Origin: Verrucomicrobiota bacterium | Lineage (GTDB): Bacteria > Verrucomicrobiota > Verrucomicrobiia > Limisphaerales > AAA164-E04 | Direction: 5' to 3' | DNA length: 64,000 nt | NCBI GenBank assembly: GCA_047947115.1 | Contig: CP170459.1 | Span: 704,001 to 768,000 of the forward strand | The notes under the pieces: model-generated | Database searches by the model: none | Seen by the model: only the letters and a program-made list of their open reading frames with translations | Told to the model about the DNA's origin: nothing | In this document: piece by piece, positions 51,201 to 61,658 of the stretch | Numbering within the stretch: the stretch's first letter is position 1 | Layout of the letters: each line of letters begins with the position of its first letter | Position numbers and translations under genes: made by a program

Positions 51201-52511
51201 ATGAAAATACCGATCCATTTCTTCAAGCCCGCCATGCTGTGCGTAACAGTAGCCGTCAGTCTCTCAGCCCTGAACGCAGACGAGTGGCCTGAGTGGCGTG
51301 GCCCTAACTCCAACCAGACCACCAGTGAAACAGAGTTTCCATTGCAATGGTCGGAAGAAAAGAATGTCCGCTGGAAAGTGGCCCTCCCGGATCGGGGAAA
51401 CAGCTCCCCCATCGTGGTGAATGGCAAAGTCATCATCACCCAGGCAGTGGAAAAGGAAAACCGACGCACCACTATGGCCTTCGATCGCCAAAGCGGCAAA
51501 TTGCTCTGGCAACAAGGAGTCGTTTACGATAAAGAGGAAACCACCCACGGGCAGAACCCCTACTGCGCTGCATCCCCCGCCACCGACGGAGAACGCATCA
51601 TTGTGACCTATGGTTCCGCCGGAGTTTACGCTTATGACTTAAGCGGCAACACATTATGGAACAGGGATTTGGGACCTCAAGTGCATGTTTGGGGGAACGC
51701 TTCGTCTCCGGTTATTGTGGACGACATCTGTTTTCTCTACCACGGTCCCGGCCCCAACGCGACCTTGTATGCCTTGAACAAGGAGACAGGGAAAAGCATC
51801 TGGACCTATGAAGAACCAGAAGCCAATCAGGCAGGCCGCACCGATGGTTTCCAGGGAAGAGAAAACGGCATCGTAGGATCCTTCAGCACCCCCCTCCCCA
51901 TCACTCATAATGGCCGCAAGGAATTGATCATGAGTTTTCCCAACGACCTGATCTCATTTGATCCCCAAACCGGCAAGAAGCTCTGGTGGTCCGGAGGCAT
52001 GAACCCGTTGGTTTACACATCCGCCATCTCAGGTGAAGGAGTTGCATTTGGTTCGGGAGGCTATTCCGGGTCATCCGTCGCGGTTCGTCTCGGCAGTAAC
52101 GGTAACGTCAGTGACAGCCACCGCATCTGGCAAAATGTTCGCAGCGGAAACAGCATTGGTTCCGGAGTTATTCACAATGGTCATATTTACCAAATTCAGA
52201 ACAGTGGAACTGCCAAATGCGTGGAACTGGCCACTGGAAAAACGGTCTGGGAAGAGAAGATTCAGGGTAAAGGACGACGCCCGGCCTCCTGGTCGAGCAT
52301 GATTCGTGTCGGCGACCACCTTTACTACCTCAATCAATCATCCGAAATGGTGGTGCTGGCAGCAAGCCCTCAATTCAACCTGATCACCACCAACCCTCTG
52401 GACAACGCCATGTGCAACTCCACCCAGGCCATGTCCAACGGCGACATCTTCATTCGAACCTGGGAACACCTCTGGTGCATCGGCAAGCAAAAGGAAGTGG
52501 CGCTGAAATAG
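51201..52511 (+). CDS. Exported PQQ-like beta-propeller protein
   Basis: Signal peptide, WPEWRGP, repeated SSP/TGK.LW blades; paralogue of 30392-31666. Confidence 0.85.
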   Translation: MKIPIHFFKPAMLCVTVAVSLSALNADEWPEWRGPNSNQTTSETEFPLQWSEEKNVRWKVALPDRGNSSPIVVNGKVIITQAVEKENRRTTMAFDRQSGKLLWQQGVVYDKEETTHGQNPYCAASPATDGERIIVTYGSAGVYAYDLSGNTLWNRDLGPQVHVWGNASSPVIVDDICFLYHGPGPNATLYALNKETGKSIWTYEEPEANQAGRTDGFQGRENGIVGSFSTPLPITHNGRKELIMSFPNDLISFDPQTGKKLWWSGGMNPLVYTSAISGEGVAFGSGGYSGSSVAVRLGSNGNVSDSHRIWQNVRSGNSIGSGVIHNGHIYQIQNSGTAKCVELATGKTVWEEKIQGKGRRPASWSSMIRVGDHLYYLNQSSEMVVLAASPQFNLITTNPLDNAMCNSTQAMSNGDIFIRTWEHLWCIGKQKEVALK

Positions 52512-52657
52512 AAAGGTAGAGAGTGTGGTCTCGACGCACAATCCTCAGGGTTTCCAATGACCGGCAGTTTCCGTTTGGGAAGCCTTTTGGTCTTCAATAG
52601 CTAATAACGTTTCCCGCTGCCATAACGGGGCGGATCGGGACGATCCGGTCTACCTTT
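52512..52657. repeat. Inverted pair of GTAG-type REP-like elements
   Basis: AAAGGTAGA...TCTACCTTT termini; right arm CGGATCGGGACGATCCGGTCTACC forms a hairpin. Confidence 0.55.
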
Positions 52658-52756
52658 GAACAGCATACAAATAAATTTGAGCTATTGAGTAAGCCCATGC
52701 CACAAACCACAAATGTGCTTATTGTATAATTGTGGGTTTGCTGCTAAAAATTCATT

Positions 52757-53026
52757 ATGAGCCGAATCTCAATCGATGTGTCCCTAGAAGATCACCAGAA
52801 GCTCAAAGCTCTGGCGGCACTTCAAGGAAAGTCCATCAAGAACTACGTCTTGGAACGAGCCCTCGGTTCCCCCGCGCATGGCGAGATCCAGGCATTGGCC
52901 GAACTCGAATCCTTTCTGGATGATCGTATCCAACTAGCGGAGCAAAAGGGCCACAACAACCAATCGGTCGAAGATGTCTTTCAATCCGCCTGTGCTGAGA
53001 AAGGCATCAACCCTTCTAATGCCTGA
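52757..53026 (+). CDS. RHH-type antitoxin
   Basis: MSRISIDVSLEDHQKLKALAALQGKSIKNYVLERAL; TATAAT at 52725-52730 inside an inverted repeat (52703-52740); overlaps a ParE remnant. Confidence 0.8.
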   Translation: MSRISIDVSLEDHQKLKALAALQGKSIKNYVLERALGSPAHGEIQALAELESFLDDRIQLAEQKGHNNQSVEDVFQSACAEKGINPSNA

Positions 53027-53252
53027 TCTTTACCAACTCGCTCCGGATGTCACACAGGATCTGGAATCCATCGCCCAAGGTAAAGCACGTCTGAAAACTT
53101 TTCTCGAGACCAGGCCTGAACTCCAGGTGTCCAGATGCGAACACCACTAAATCTTCCACCTCATGCGTGAGAACCAATCGCCTCTCATCATCGCTATACT
53201 ACATGAACGAATGAACATGATAGATAGAATCAGAAAAAGACTTGAGCCCTGA
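53019..53252 (+). pseudogene. ParE family toxin with internal deletion and TAA at 53148-53150
   Basis: MPDLYQLAPDVTQDLESIA^QGKARLKTFLETRPELQVSRCEHH*IFHLMRENQSPLIIAILHERMNM; the usual WG...Y helix is missing. Confidence 0.82.
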
Positions 53253-53261
53253 AAATTCATT

Positions 53262-54725
53262 ATGAATACAAACATAACAAAGTGGCTTTGCCTGCTAGCT
53301 CTCATTGGGGGTAATCTTTCCGCAACTGCCGCTCCCCGCAACATCGTGCTCATCCTCAGCGATGATCACCGCTATGACTTCATGAGCTTCATGGACGAAG
53401 CGCCTGGATTTCTGGAAACGCCCCACCTGGACCGCATGGCCGCACGCGGAGCACATTTTCGAAATGCATTCGTCACCACATCCCTGTGCAGCCCAAGCCG
53501 GGCGACCATTCTGACAGGGCAATACATGCACCACCACCGGGTTGTGGACAATCAACGTCCAGTGGCAGAGGGCACCCGATTCTTTCCCGAGTACCTTCAG
53601 GAAGCAGGCTATCAAACCGGGTTCGTCGGCAAATGGCACATGGGCCATGAGAACGATGAACCCCGCAAAGGTTTTCACCACTGGGTGAGTTTCAAAGGTC
53701 AAGGCACTTACTTCGACCCTGAGCTGAACATCAACGGTCAACACAAACAGTTCACCGGATACACCACCGATATCCTGGCGGATCGAGCTCTGGACTGGTT
53801 GAAGGAGCAATCAGGTGAAAAGCCCTTCATGCTCTATCTATCTTTCAAAGCGGTGCATTATCCTTTCCAACCGGCTCCTCGTCACGATGAGCGTTATGAA
53901 GACAAAGACATCGATTATCCAATGACCATGGCCAACACCGAAAGCAACTACCGGACCCAGTCCAACTGGATCAAGGAACGTCGCTACGGCATCCACGGCA
54001 TTGACCATATGGAAACCGGTCCTCTCGACAAGGATCCGGTGCCATCATTCGACGACCTGTACCACAACTACTGCGAGACGGTTCACGGTCTGGATGAAAA
54101 CATTGGACGCGTGCTGGATTATCTCGACGAAAGCAAGCTCATGGAAAACACCATGGTGGTCTATCTGGGAGACAATGGTTTTGCGTTGGGCGAGCACGGA
54201 TTTTACGACAAACGGGATGCTTTTGAAGAATCCATTCGCATCCCCATGCTGGCCATGGCCCCCGGATGGATCGAACCGGGAACAGTGATTGATAACATGG
54301 CCTTGAACATGGATCTGGCCCCGACATTGCTGGAAGTGGCCGGTGTGAGCGTAAAACCTTCCATGCGATTCGACGGAAAAAGCATGCTTCCCCTTATCCT
54401 GGGCAGAAACGTTCCCTGGCGGGACCATATCCTTTACGAATACCACTGGGAATGGAACTTCCCGGCCACTCCCACCACGCTGGCCATCCGTGGTGATCGA
54501 TACAAATACATTTACTACCACGGCCTGTGGGATCGCAACGGATTCTACGACCTGGAAACTGATCCACACGAAAAGACGAACCTGATCGACATCCCGGCCT
54601 TTGCCGGCCAGATCGAATCAATGCGGACCCAGCTGTTCGAAGAATTGGATGCATCTGGCGGCCTGGTGTTGCCGATCCGCCCTCCCAAAGGGGTCCAGTT
54701 CTACGATCGCAAGCTGCAGCGATAA
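53262..54725 (+). CDS. Exported sulfatase
   Basis: Signal peptide, NIVLILSDDHR, CSPSR, GKWHMG, GDNG, DKR. Confidence 0.93.
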   Translation: MNTNITKWLCLLALIGGNLSATAAPRNIVLILSDDHRYDFMSFMDEAPGFLETPHLDRMAARGAHFRNAFVTTSLCSPSRATILTGQYMHHHRVVDNQRPVAEGTRFFPEYLQEAGYQTGFVGKWHMGHENDEPRKGFHHWVSFKGQGTYFDPELNINGQHKQFTGYTTDILADRALDWLKEQSGEKPFMLYLSFKAVHYPFQPAPRHDERYEDKDIDYPMTMANTESNYRTQSNWIKERRYGIHGIDHMETGPLDKDPVPSFDDLYHNYCETVHGLDENIGRVLDYLDESKLMENTMVVYLGDNGFALGEHGFYDKRDAFEESIRIPMLAMAPGWIEPGTVIDNMALNMDLAPTLLEVAGVSVKPSMRFDGKSMLPLILGRNVPWRDHILYEYHWEWNFPATPTTLAIRGDRYKYIYYHGLWDRNGFYDLETDPHEKTNLIDIPAFAGQIESMRTQLFEELDASGGLVLPIRPPKGVQFYDRKLQR

Positions 54726-54755
54726 AAAAAAGTCCCGATGAAAATCGGGACTTTT
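54724..54755. terminator. Bidirectional intrinsic terminator
   Basis: AAAAAAAAGTCCCGAT-GAAA-ATCGGGACTTTT between convergent genes. Confidence 0.9.
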
Positions 54756-54784
54756 GAATAGGTGCAGATATGTAAAAACCGAAC

Positions 54785-55417
54785 TTACTTCTTCTGGGTC
54801 TGCCAGACGAAGGTCAAGTCCACTTCATCACCGGTCTTGATCAAGCCAAGAGCGATTTTGGGTGCAGGAGCATCGATACCGAAATCGCTCATCTTCACCT
54901 TCACCTTACCCTCGATCTGAAGGCCTTTTTCAGTCGGAGAAATGGTGACTGGCATTTTGATTTCCTTCTTCACACCGGAAACGGTGAGATCGCCTGTGGC
55001 ATCGTATCCCAGGGGATCACCGCTCTTGCGTTCGGCTTTGGAAGGCGTCAGTGATTTGAGGGAGTAGTTGATCCATGGATGATCATCCGCTTTCATGGCG
55101 GTCAACATGACCTGATCCATGACAGATTTGCCACTTTTAAGGGAGCGGCACGAGATTTTGACATCCACTTTTGGTTTGCCAGTGATGTCTGGAACCGAGT
55201 CAACATTCAGGTCGGAAGGAAAATCTCCTTCCAGTTCCATTTCACCGGAGATCAATTTGCTTTCCACGGTCCAATCGTGAACGGTCGAGGTGCCGTCGAT
55301 CTTCATCGAGCTACCCCGGAACATTCCCTTGTAAGCCACCGTTTCTGCGGACACACCAACGGTCAACAGCAAGGCCGCCAAACCGCACTTCCAGATCATT
55401 CCATTCAATTTATTCAT
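54785..55417 (-). CDS. YceI family protein
   Basis: Signal peptide, IDGTSTVHDW, GDLTVSGV, MSDFGIDAP. Confidence 0.88.
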   Translation of the reverse strand: MNKLNGMIWKCGLAALLLTVGVSAETVAYKGMFRGSSMKIDGTSTVHDWTVESKLISGEMELEGDFPSDLNVDSVPDITGKPKVDVKISCRSLKSGKSVMDQVMLTAMKADDHPWINYSLKSLTPSKAERKSGDPLGYDATGDLTVSGVKKEIKMPVTISPTEKGLQIEGKVKVKMSDFGIDAPAPKIALGLIKTGDEVDLTFVWQTQKK

Positions 55418-55447
55418 GATTTCAACTTATTTAATTTGAATTAAAAC

Positions 55448-56830
55448 TTAGCCGAGATCGAAAAGGTTGTCTTCGATTTCGATTCGTTTGTTGCCGAGGG
55501 CGGCTTCGTGAGCTTTGATGGCAATCACGTTTGCTTCAAAACCTTCCTGATAACCGGCGGCTGGTTTCTTGGACTCCTTCAACTCGGCCAGATATTCAGT
55601 CAAAACCTCGTCGTCCGCTTCTCCGAAGCTTTCAATGAAGTCTTCGACACCGGATTGATGCACGTAGGTGTTGTGAATGAACGCTTCCAAAGCGTAGTAC
55701 AGCGGAGTATCGTTGAACTCATTGTCCTTGGCGGCGTCATCGCCGGAACCCGTCACGGTGGTCAATTTGGTAGCGTTGGCGACCAGATAGATGCCAACTT
55801 CCTTAAAGAAGGTATCCTTCTTGGCATACACTTCCCAACCCAGCATCGGCGCATCGGCTTCTTTGAACATCCAGGCTTGCGAACCACGCACCATCAGGGC
55901 GGCGTCCGAACCATAGTACATTTCGTAGTCGCTGTCGAAAGAGTTGCAAAGTGTGATGTCCATCGCAGAATTCACGCCGCCCTCAAACTCCATGTTGATC
56001 TGAACCGTGTCCGGCACATCGCGGCCGTCATCCCACAACACGGTGGAGCTAAATCCGGTGATGGCCTTCGGACGACTTCCGAGGAACCAAGTGTTGGCAT
56101 CCAGCTGATGGATACCGATTTCACCGATCACACCGGATGAGCTTTCCCCCCGCAGGCGCCAGTTGATTTCGCGTTCGCGCTCATTGGTGGGAGCGGCGCG
56201 TTTCCAGTTGGTTTTTTTGTGCCACTGGGAACGTGAAAAGATGGTTCGTCCCCAGGAACCCGTACGGACAAAGTCCACCAGAAAATCACGTTGGGGATCG
56301 CTGCGGAATTGAAGTCCTGCCTGGAAGTTCAATCGCGGATATTTCCTCGCTACCAGGGCAATTTCGCGGGCTTCCTCAATAGAACTGGCCAGGGGCGCTT
56401 CGCAATAGACGTGCTTGCCGGCCTTGAGTGCATCAATGACGATATCCTTGTGCTGGTGACTGGGCGTCGCAATGATAACGGCTTCCACGTTTTCATCCGC
56501 CAGCAATTCCTTGTAGTTTTCGTATCGTTTGGCCTCGGTCGCAGTGCGGCCGGCACGTCTTAAAAAGGCTCCGTAATGATCGCATATGGCGACAACCGGA
56601 GCATTCGGCAGCACAGCCAAGGTGCTCAGGATGTCTCGACCATGGTAACCGCAGCCGATCACGCCGAACTTCACTGGCGGTCCGATCGGAGGTTTCGTCT
56701 CCTGCGCGTTGGCTTCAGAGGGTTTGAATGCGGTGGCGCCGCCCGCCATCATGGCCATCATACCGGCCAGAGATCCTCCTTTGAGGAAGTCGCGGCGTTT
56801 CAAATCAATTTTTTCAGTCTGATCCGTCAT
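55448..56830 (-). CDS. Tat-exported Gfo/Idh/MocA oxidoreductase
   Basis: KRRDFLK twin-arginine motif, GVIGCG, HVYCEAP, GIHQLD. Confidence 0.9.
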   Translation of the reverse strand: MTDQTEKIDLKRRDFLKGGSLAGMMAMMAGGATAFKPSEANAQETKPPIGPPVKFGVIGCGYHGRDILSTLAVLPNAPVVAICDHYGAFLRRAGRTATEAKRYENYKELLADENVEAVIIATPSHQHKDIVIDALKAGKHVYCEAPLASSIEEAREIALVARKYPRLNFQAGLQFRSDPQRDFLVDFVRTGSWGRTIFSRSQWHKKTNWKRAAPTNEREREINWRLRGESSSGVIGEIGIHQLDANTWFLGSRPKAITGFSSTVLWDDGRDVPDTVQINMEFEGGVNSAMDITLCNSFDSDYEMYYGSDAALMVRGSQAWMFKEADAPMLGWEVYAKKDTFFKEVGIYLVANATKLTTVTGSGDDAAKDNEFNDTPLYYALEAFIHNTYVHQSGVEDFIESFGEADDEVLTEYLAELKESKKPAAGYQEGFEANVIAIKAHEAALGNKRIEIEDNLFDLG

Positions 56831-56942
56831 AAAAACTTTTCTAAGGCTTGGAGGCTGAGATTAAAAACCCCGGAAGAACCTGTTCTCAGTTCCGTCCGGG
56901 GCGAAATCAGTTCCACGCTCCATAATGGAGCAAGAAAAACGA

Positions 56943-58283
56943 TTAATCCAGCACTTTGATGCGAATGTTGCGCAATGCGATGGCTCCGTGATCCCCCTGA
57001 ATGAACAGGGAACCCGGCTGATCCACATTGGCATCCAATTCACTGCCGGTCGCTTTGTTCACCTCGACGTTGTCGTGCACTTTGACTCCGTTCAAGGTGA
57101 CGGTTATTCGATTTCCTTTGATCGTGGCTTCCACTTCCTGCCATTCACCGGCACGACGTGAGGCCATCAGGGAAACTGGTTTGACACTGTAAATAGCGCC
57201 ATTGCCACCCATTTCAGGCTTTTTGCCGTAATCGTCAAAGATCTGGATCTCGTGACGTCCGCGCAGGTAAAAACCACTGTTGCTCCCCGGAGGAATCAGG
57301 TATTCGTAGCGCACGGTAAAGTTCCAGTATTTGTCGTTGGTCACGATGTCGGTGCCGTGCTCACCTTCAGCTACATTATTGACCATCATACCGTTCTGAA
57401 CACTCCAGCTTTTGGTTCCATTGGCGTGACGAAGCTTCCAACCATCCAGATTGACCCCGTTGAAAAGTGGTTTGAATCCTTCAGCTCGTTCTTCAGGACT
57501 GACTTCATAACGGTTGTTGATGGGGCTGCCATCACCTTCTGCCAAGCCGAGGGCCCAGCGAATACCGCCCAGAATGTGTTTCTGATAATGATCACTGGTC
57601 CAGATATCTTCGCGATGTCCCAAAGAAGTGTAAAACACTTTTCCTTTGCCATATTCACTGCACCAGGCAATCGGATAGTCACCGGGTTCCCAGGTATTGG
57701 GGCGTTGATCCTGGCTCAAGAGTCCGTGTACACGATCACGATGGAAGTTTTTGAGGATGTAGATTTCATCAAAGACTGTGAACTGCTCACCATAATGCTG
57801 GCAGGAAGGATGATGGCGATCTTCCACACGGGCATTCACTTCCACCTGCCGGCCATGGGTCAGGAACTCGCCGCCGATCATGCCCACAAATTTGGGAAAT
57901 CCGTGAAAGGTATCTGATGCCGAGTGCATTCCCAGAAACGCCTTGCCGCTTTGAATCCATTCCATGAAGTATTCCCGGTTGGGAATGGGCAGATCACCGG
58001 TGGTGTTGGCAAAAATCACGCCATCCCACTGCTTCAATGCTTCGGGATTCATCTTTTCGGCGATCTCTTCATCCGTCCGGGCATAGGCTACGTCAAATTC
58101 GTCGGAGCTCTCAGCCAGGGAGCCAAGAACGGCTTCAGCGGTCGGGATGGACGAGTGGCGAAATCCCTTGGTCACGGTGACGACCAACAGATTCTTGGAT
58201 GCTGCCTGCAGAGAGGCGCCGGTCAAACAAACCGCAGCCAAAAGCAAAGTCACTGCGGATCGGGTCATTGATGATTTCTTCAT
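56943..58283 (-). CDS. ThuA-like + DUF1080 (3-keto-disaccharide hydrolase-like) protein
   Basis: GFRHSSIP, GMHSASDT, FYTSLGH; then LFNGVNLDGW, NSGFYLRG, IQGDHG. Confidence 0.88.
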   Translation of the reverse strand: MKKSSMTRSAVTLLLAAVCLTGASLQAASKNLLVVTVTKGFRHSSIPTAEAVLGSLAESSDEFDVAYARTDEEIAEKMNPEALKQWDGVIFANTTGDLPIPNREYFMEWIQSGKAFLGMHSASDTFHGFPKFVGMIGGEFLTHGRQVEVNARVEDRHHPSCQHYGEQFTVFDEIYILKNFHRDRVHGLLSQDQRPNTWEPGDYPIAWCSEYGKGKVFYTSLGHREDIWTSDHYQKHILGGIRWALGLAEGDGSPINNRYEVSPEERAEGFKPLFNGVNLDGWKLRHANGTKSWSVQNGMMVNNVAEGEHGTDIVTNDKYWNFTVRYEYLIPPGSNSGFYLRGRHEIQIFDDYGKKPEMGGNGAIYSVKPVSLMASRRAGEWQEVEATIKGNRITVTLNGVKVHDNVEVNKATGSELDANVDQPGSLFIQGDHGAIALRNIRIKVLD

Positions 58284-58403
58284 ACGTTTTATTTAGTCTG
58301 TTTGCCTCGGATCGGTCTCGAACATGAACGACACGACCGAAGCCGCGTGTGATACGTCGAATGATTTAAGGATAAATCTGGTTTAATCGCTCCACCGACA
58401 GGG

Positions 58404-61400
58404 TCAAGGAATCTTTCCATCAGGTGGGGTGATTTCTTCATTTTGAGCAGATTCTTCCTGCTTTTTAGGATCATCTGCCTCGGATCCCTCCTTGTTCTGC
58501 CAAAGTCGCTGCACCGGGATCAACCCGTTTTCGGAAAGCAACCAGTCATTCATGTTGTTCAGGGACTGAAAAGGGACCAAAAGGTATTTGGGCACAAAAT
58601 AAAGCGGCTTGATCTCCGGCTCCCCGATGGTCCCCGTCACCCGATACTCAAACAGTTTCGAAACAGGCCAGAGCGCCAGACTGAACACCTTGCCCAACAT
58701 GGACGCATCCCGCAGCAGTTCTGCCTCCACTCGCGAGTCCAGCACTCCGTCAAAATCCACCGAACCACGATACTGCAGCCGGGCCGTACGTTCTCGGATT
58801 TCCATGTTGTCCGTTTCGATCAAACTGTTGGTGATTGTAAAATTGGCATCCCCGCGTGTCGCGCGACTGTTCCCCAATCCCGGGGAAACGGCATTCATCA
58901 GTTTCGAAAAGACCCCGAATAAAGGTGTATCCCACAAGCGGCCATTCCGCAGATGAACATTTCCATATCCATTCCAACTCTCCCAATCACCGGTCTCCGC
59001 CGACGTGATGCGAAGTTTTCCAGATAGATTTCCTTCCGAATCTTTTGTTTCAGCCACCATGTCCTTCATGAACGGCCCCAGCTGAACATCCTCCAGGTCA
59101 ACATCCATTTCGAATCCGGCACCGTCTCCGTCATGAAGGTTCAAGCGCATTTCTCCATCCAATGTTCCTTGATAAAAGGGAGCGTGCACGTCTTGAAGCG
59201 TCAGTTTGTCGTGATCCCACACAATGCGGCTTCGGATGGTCGGCACATTGAATCGCCAGAAAGAAAACGGTCCGCCATCCACGTCAAACTGAGCGGTCAC
59301 GGAATCAATATCATCAAAAGGAATTTTTCCATTCATGGTCACCTTCGGTGCTCCCGAAAACCGGTAAGGTTCCAAAGTGCGAGCCGTGGCGGGGCCAATG
59401 GCATGAGCAATAGCCATGGGATGCACATGGCTGACTGCATTGGTGATCTCAATAAACCCCTGCCCAGCATGGATGCCCAGCGCGTCCGCGGTCACTTTTC
59501 CTTCCTCCCGTTGGACAATTGGATTGAAAATCTTGAAAAACTGATTGGTTAAACTCCCCTGCGCTTCCACGGAAAGACAGGCCTGGTCGCGATAACTCAT
59601 GCGCCCGGTCTTCAAGATGGCTTCTCCGCCTGTCAGTTCCAAATGGTGCCAACGTCCCCAAATCTTGCCTTTTACCTCGATGGGATCCGGAAATTCCATT
59701 TGCGAAAGCACCTTCTGCCCGGCAGCATTGAGCATGGGGTTCAATGCCTTGGGCTGAGCAACACTATCCACATCCCACACGTAATCCTGTGTGCGTGCAT
59801 CACACTCATATCCCAATCGGGTCACACCCTCTGGGCGATGAATGGTCAGGTTGGGCAGCCGCCAGATCATGTCCGAGAAAAAGATGTCCGAAGAAGCTCC
59901 ATCCACCGGAACACCTCGGAACGCCCCGGCGTCCACGTCAAAATGTCCGTCGATGTTGAGTGTGGGTTTGACTTCACCGCGCCAATCGGGTTTGGGATCC
60001 GTCCATGCGGGTAGTTGCGCACTGCCTTTGGCGGTCAAGCTGGGTGGATCCACCCAGTTGTATTGATCGATCCATTTCTTGCCGTTCTCGGACAGCATGT
60101 GACGTATCTCACGAGCGTCGAAATCGGAAACAACTTCCAGGTCCACCAGCCGAGACGGCACATCCAACGAACCCTTTGCATCCACATGCCCGCGATAGAG
60201 TTCACCTTCGATCCGCCGAATATTCAGAACGGGAGCATCCCACTGCACCTGGGTTTCGAATCGTGATGCCTCCAACAAGGGACCTTCGATGCCTTCCACT
60301 TTCGCCTCCAATCCGATGACAAAGGGTTTCAATGCAGCCCACCAGGCCCAATCATCCACATTGTCTGCTTCTCCTGTGTCAGGATTGGGCGAGATCCGGG
60401 ATTGAACGGTCAATCGCGCCACTGAAGCCCAAGGGCTTTCCACACCCTGCAAATCAACAAACACATCTCCGGACCACTGCCGCGAGTCACCTGGTCGCCA
60501 GTCCAGTTGAATTCGCCATTCAGAACGGTTCAAAGTGATGGCGGGTGCTTGCTGCCACGCTACTTCATCGGAAATCAAAGAAGCCTGCGCATTCCAAAGC
60601 GTTTGGTCGGATTCGGGAGCGGAGATCCTGCCGGTGACCAGAAGAGGATCCATTATCAACTTACCGGCTTGACCGAACTCGATGTTGCCCGCGAAGCGGG
60701 CATTTTTGAGTTTCCCGCTTCGGGTCACCAATTGGGCAGTTCCTGCCAGATCACCATTGATCTCCCAGTCACTCGGGGTGATGGCACGCTCCCAACTGAG
60801 TTTCCATTCAAGATCCCAGAAATCACCAGCCGCGTCCCGGGGTGGAATCTCGGCATCCAGCAAAGCGCCCTGTAACTTCGCCCATTTCGTCTCGATCAGA
60901 TCCGAATGAACGCTAACATGCGCGGCGGATTTTTCAGGGTTTTTGGCGTCGAGATCGACATGCACTTTGATTTCCGGAGGTTCATTGAACTGAATACGCT
61001 GTTTCGTTTCGACGATCTGCTTAAGCAATTGCCCGAATTTTTGAGGGGTATCAGCCGACCGTTTTCCGGTGCTCCATTCAGAAAAAGCAAAGGCATTGGT
61101 GACGCTGCCCGAGAATGTCACTTCCAATCCCAACATCTCTGCCCGGAGATAATCCAGTTCCCACCATTGTCGGGAATGCAACTTCAACCGGGTGGCAATA
61201 CCCACCGCTTCGAAGGATTCCACATCATCCATCTCTGACTCTATCGGTAAACGCAGACGTCCCCCGCGCAGAATGGCCTCTTCTATATTGATATCCTTAA
61301 ACAACCACTGCAATGGCTGTATGCTCACCTGGATGGTATCGGCTGAAAAGGAGGGTTCGTTGGGATCATTGGGTGCCACCAGCGTGGCGTTTTCCACCAG

Positions 61401-61658
61401 CACACCCTTACTCGGAATCCAGCGCATGCTGTCAAAATCAATCTCCAGGCCTTTTTCCCGCAAGTTGTCCAGGATACGCGCTTTGACAAAGTCGGGAAGC
61501 CCTCGGTTCTCGAAATACCAGACAAAGCTTATCAGAACGATGGCAACAAGCATGCAAAACCAAAGTCCCCACCTCAAACCGGAGCGAACCCACCGCCTGC
61601 GTCGCCTCTTCTCAGGGCTCCGTGGCGGCTCTATTTTGCTTCGCTGCTTGTTTTCCAT
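58404..61658 (-). CDS. AsmA-like/DUF3971 family protein
   Basis: 1084 aa, N-terminal TM anchor, beta-rich repeats, C-terminal FEYRVTGTIGEP. Confidence 0.78.
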   Translation of the reverse strand: MENKQRSKIEPPRSPEKRRRRRWVRSGLRWGLWFCMLVAIVLISFVWYFENRGLPDFVKARILDNLREKGLEIDFDSMRWIPSKGVLVENATLVAPNDPNEPSFSADTIQVSIQPLQWLFKDINIEEAILRGGRLRLPIESEMDDVESFEAVGIATRLKLHSRQWWELDYLRAEMLGLEVTFSGSVTNAFAFSEWSTGKRSADTPQKFGQLLKQIVETKQRIQFNEPPEIKVHVDLDAKNPEKSAAHVSVHSDLIETKWAKLQGALLDAEIPPRDAAGDFWDLEWKLSWERAITPSDWEINGDLAGTAQLVTRSGKLKNARFAGNIEFGQAGKLIMDPLLVTGRISAPESDQTLWNAQASLISDEVAWQQAPAITLNRSEWRIQLDWRPGDSRQWSGDVFVDLQGVESPWASVARLTVQSRISPNPDTGEADNVDDWAWWAALKPFVIGLEAKVEGIEGPLLEASRFETQVQWDAPVLNIRRIEGELYRGHVDAKGSLDVPSRLVDLEVVSDFDAREIRHMLSENGKKWIDQYNWVDPPSLTAKGSAQLPAWTDPKPDWRGEVKPTLNIDGHFDVDAGAFRGVPVDGASSDIFFSDMIWRLPNLTIHRPEGVTRLGYECDARTQDYVWDVDSVAQPKALNPMLNAAGQKVLSQMEFPDPIEVKGKIWGRWHHLELTGGEAILKTGRMSYRDQACLSVEAQGSLTNQFFKIFNPIVQREEGKVTADALGIHAGQGFIEITNAVSHVHPMAIAHAIGPATARTLEPYRFSGAPKVTMNGKIPFDDIDSVTAQFDVDGGPFSFWRFNVPTIRSRIVWDHDKLTLQDVHAPFYQGTLDGEMRLNLHDGDGAGFEMDVDLEDVQLGPFMKDMVAETKDSEGNLSGKLRITSAETGDWESWNGYGNVHLRNGRLWDTPLFGVFSKLMNAVSPGLGNSRATRGDANFTITNSLIETDNMEIRERTARLQYRGSVDFDGVLDSRVEAELLRDASMLGKVFSLALWPVSKLFEYRVTGTIGEPEIKPLYFVPKYLLVPFQSLNNMNDWLLSENGLIPVQRLWQNKEGSEADDPKKQEESAQNEEITPPDGKIP

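Noticed and set aside
51047..51201. oriC at the DnaA boxes
   Set aside because: Only three boxes in about 150 bp, no evident AT-rich unwinding element and no dnaA/dnaN nearby; a GC-skew analysis would be needed
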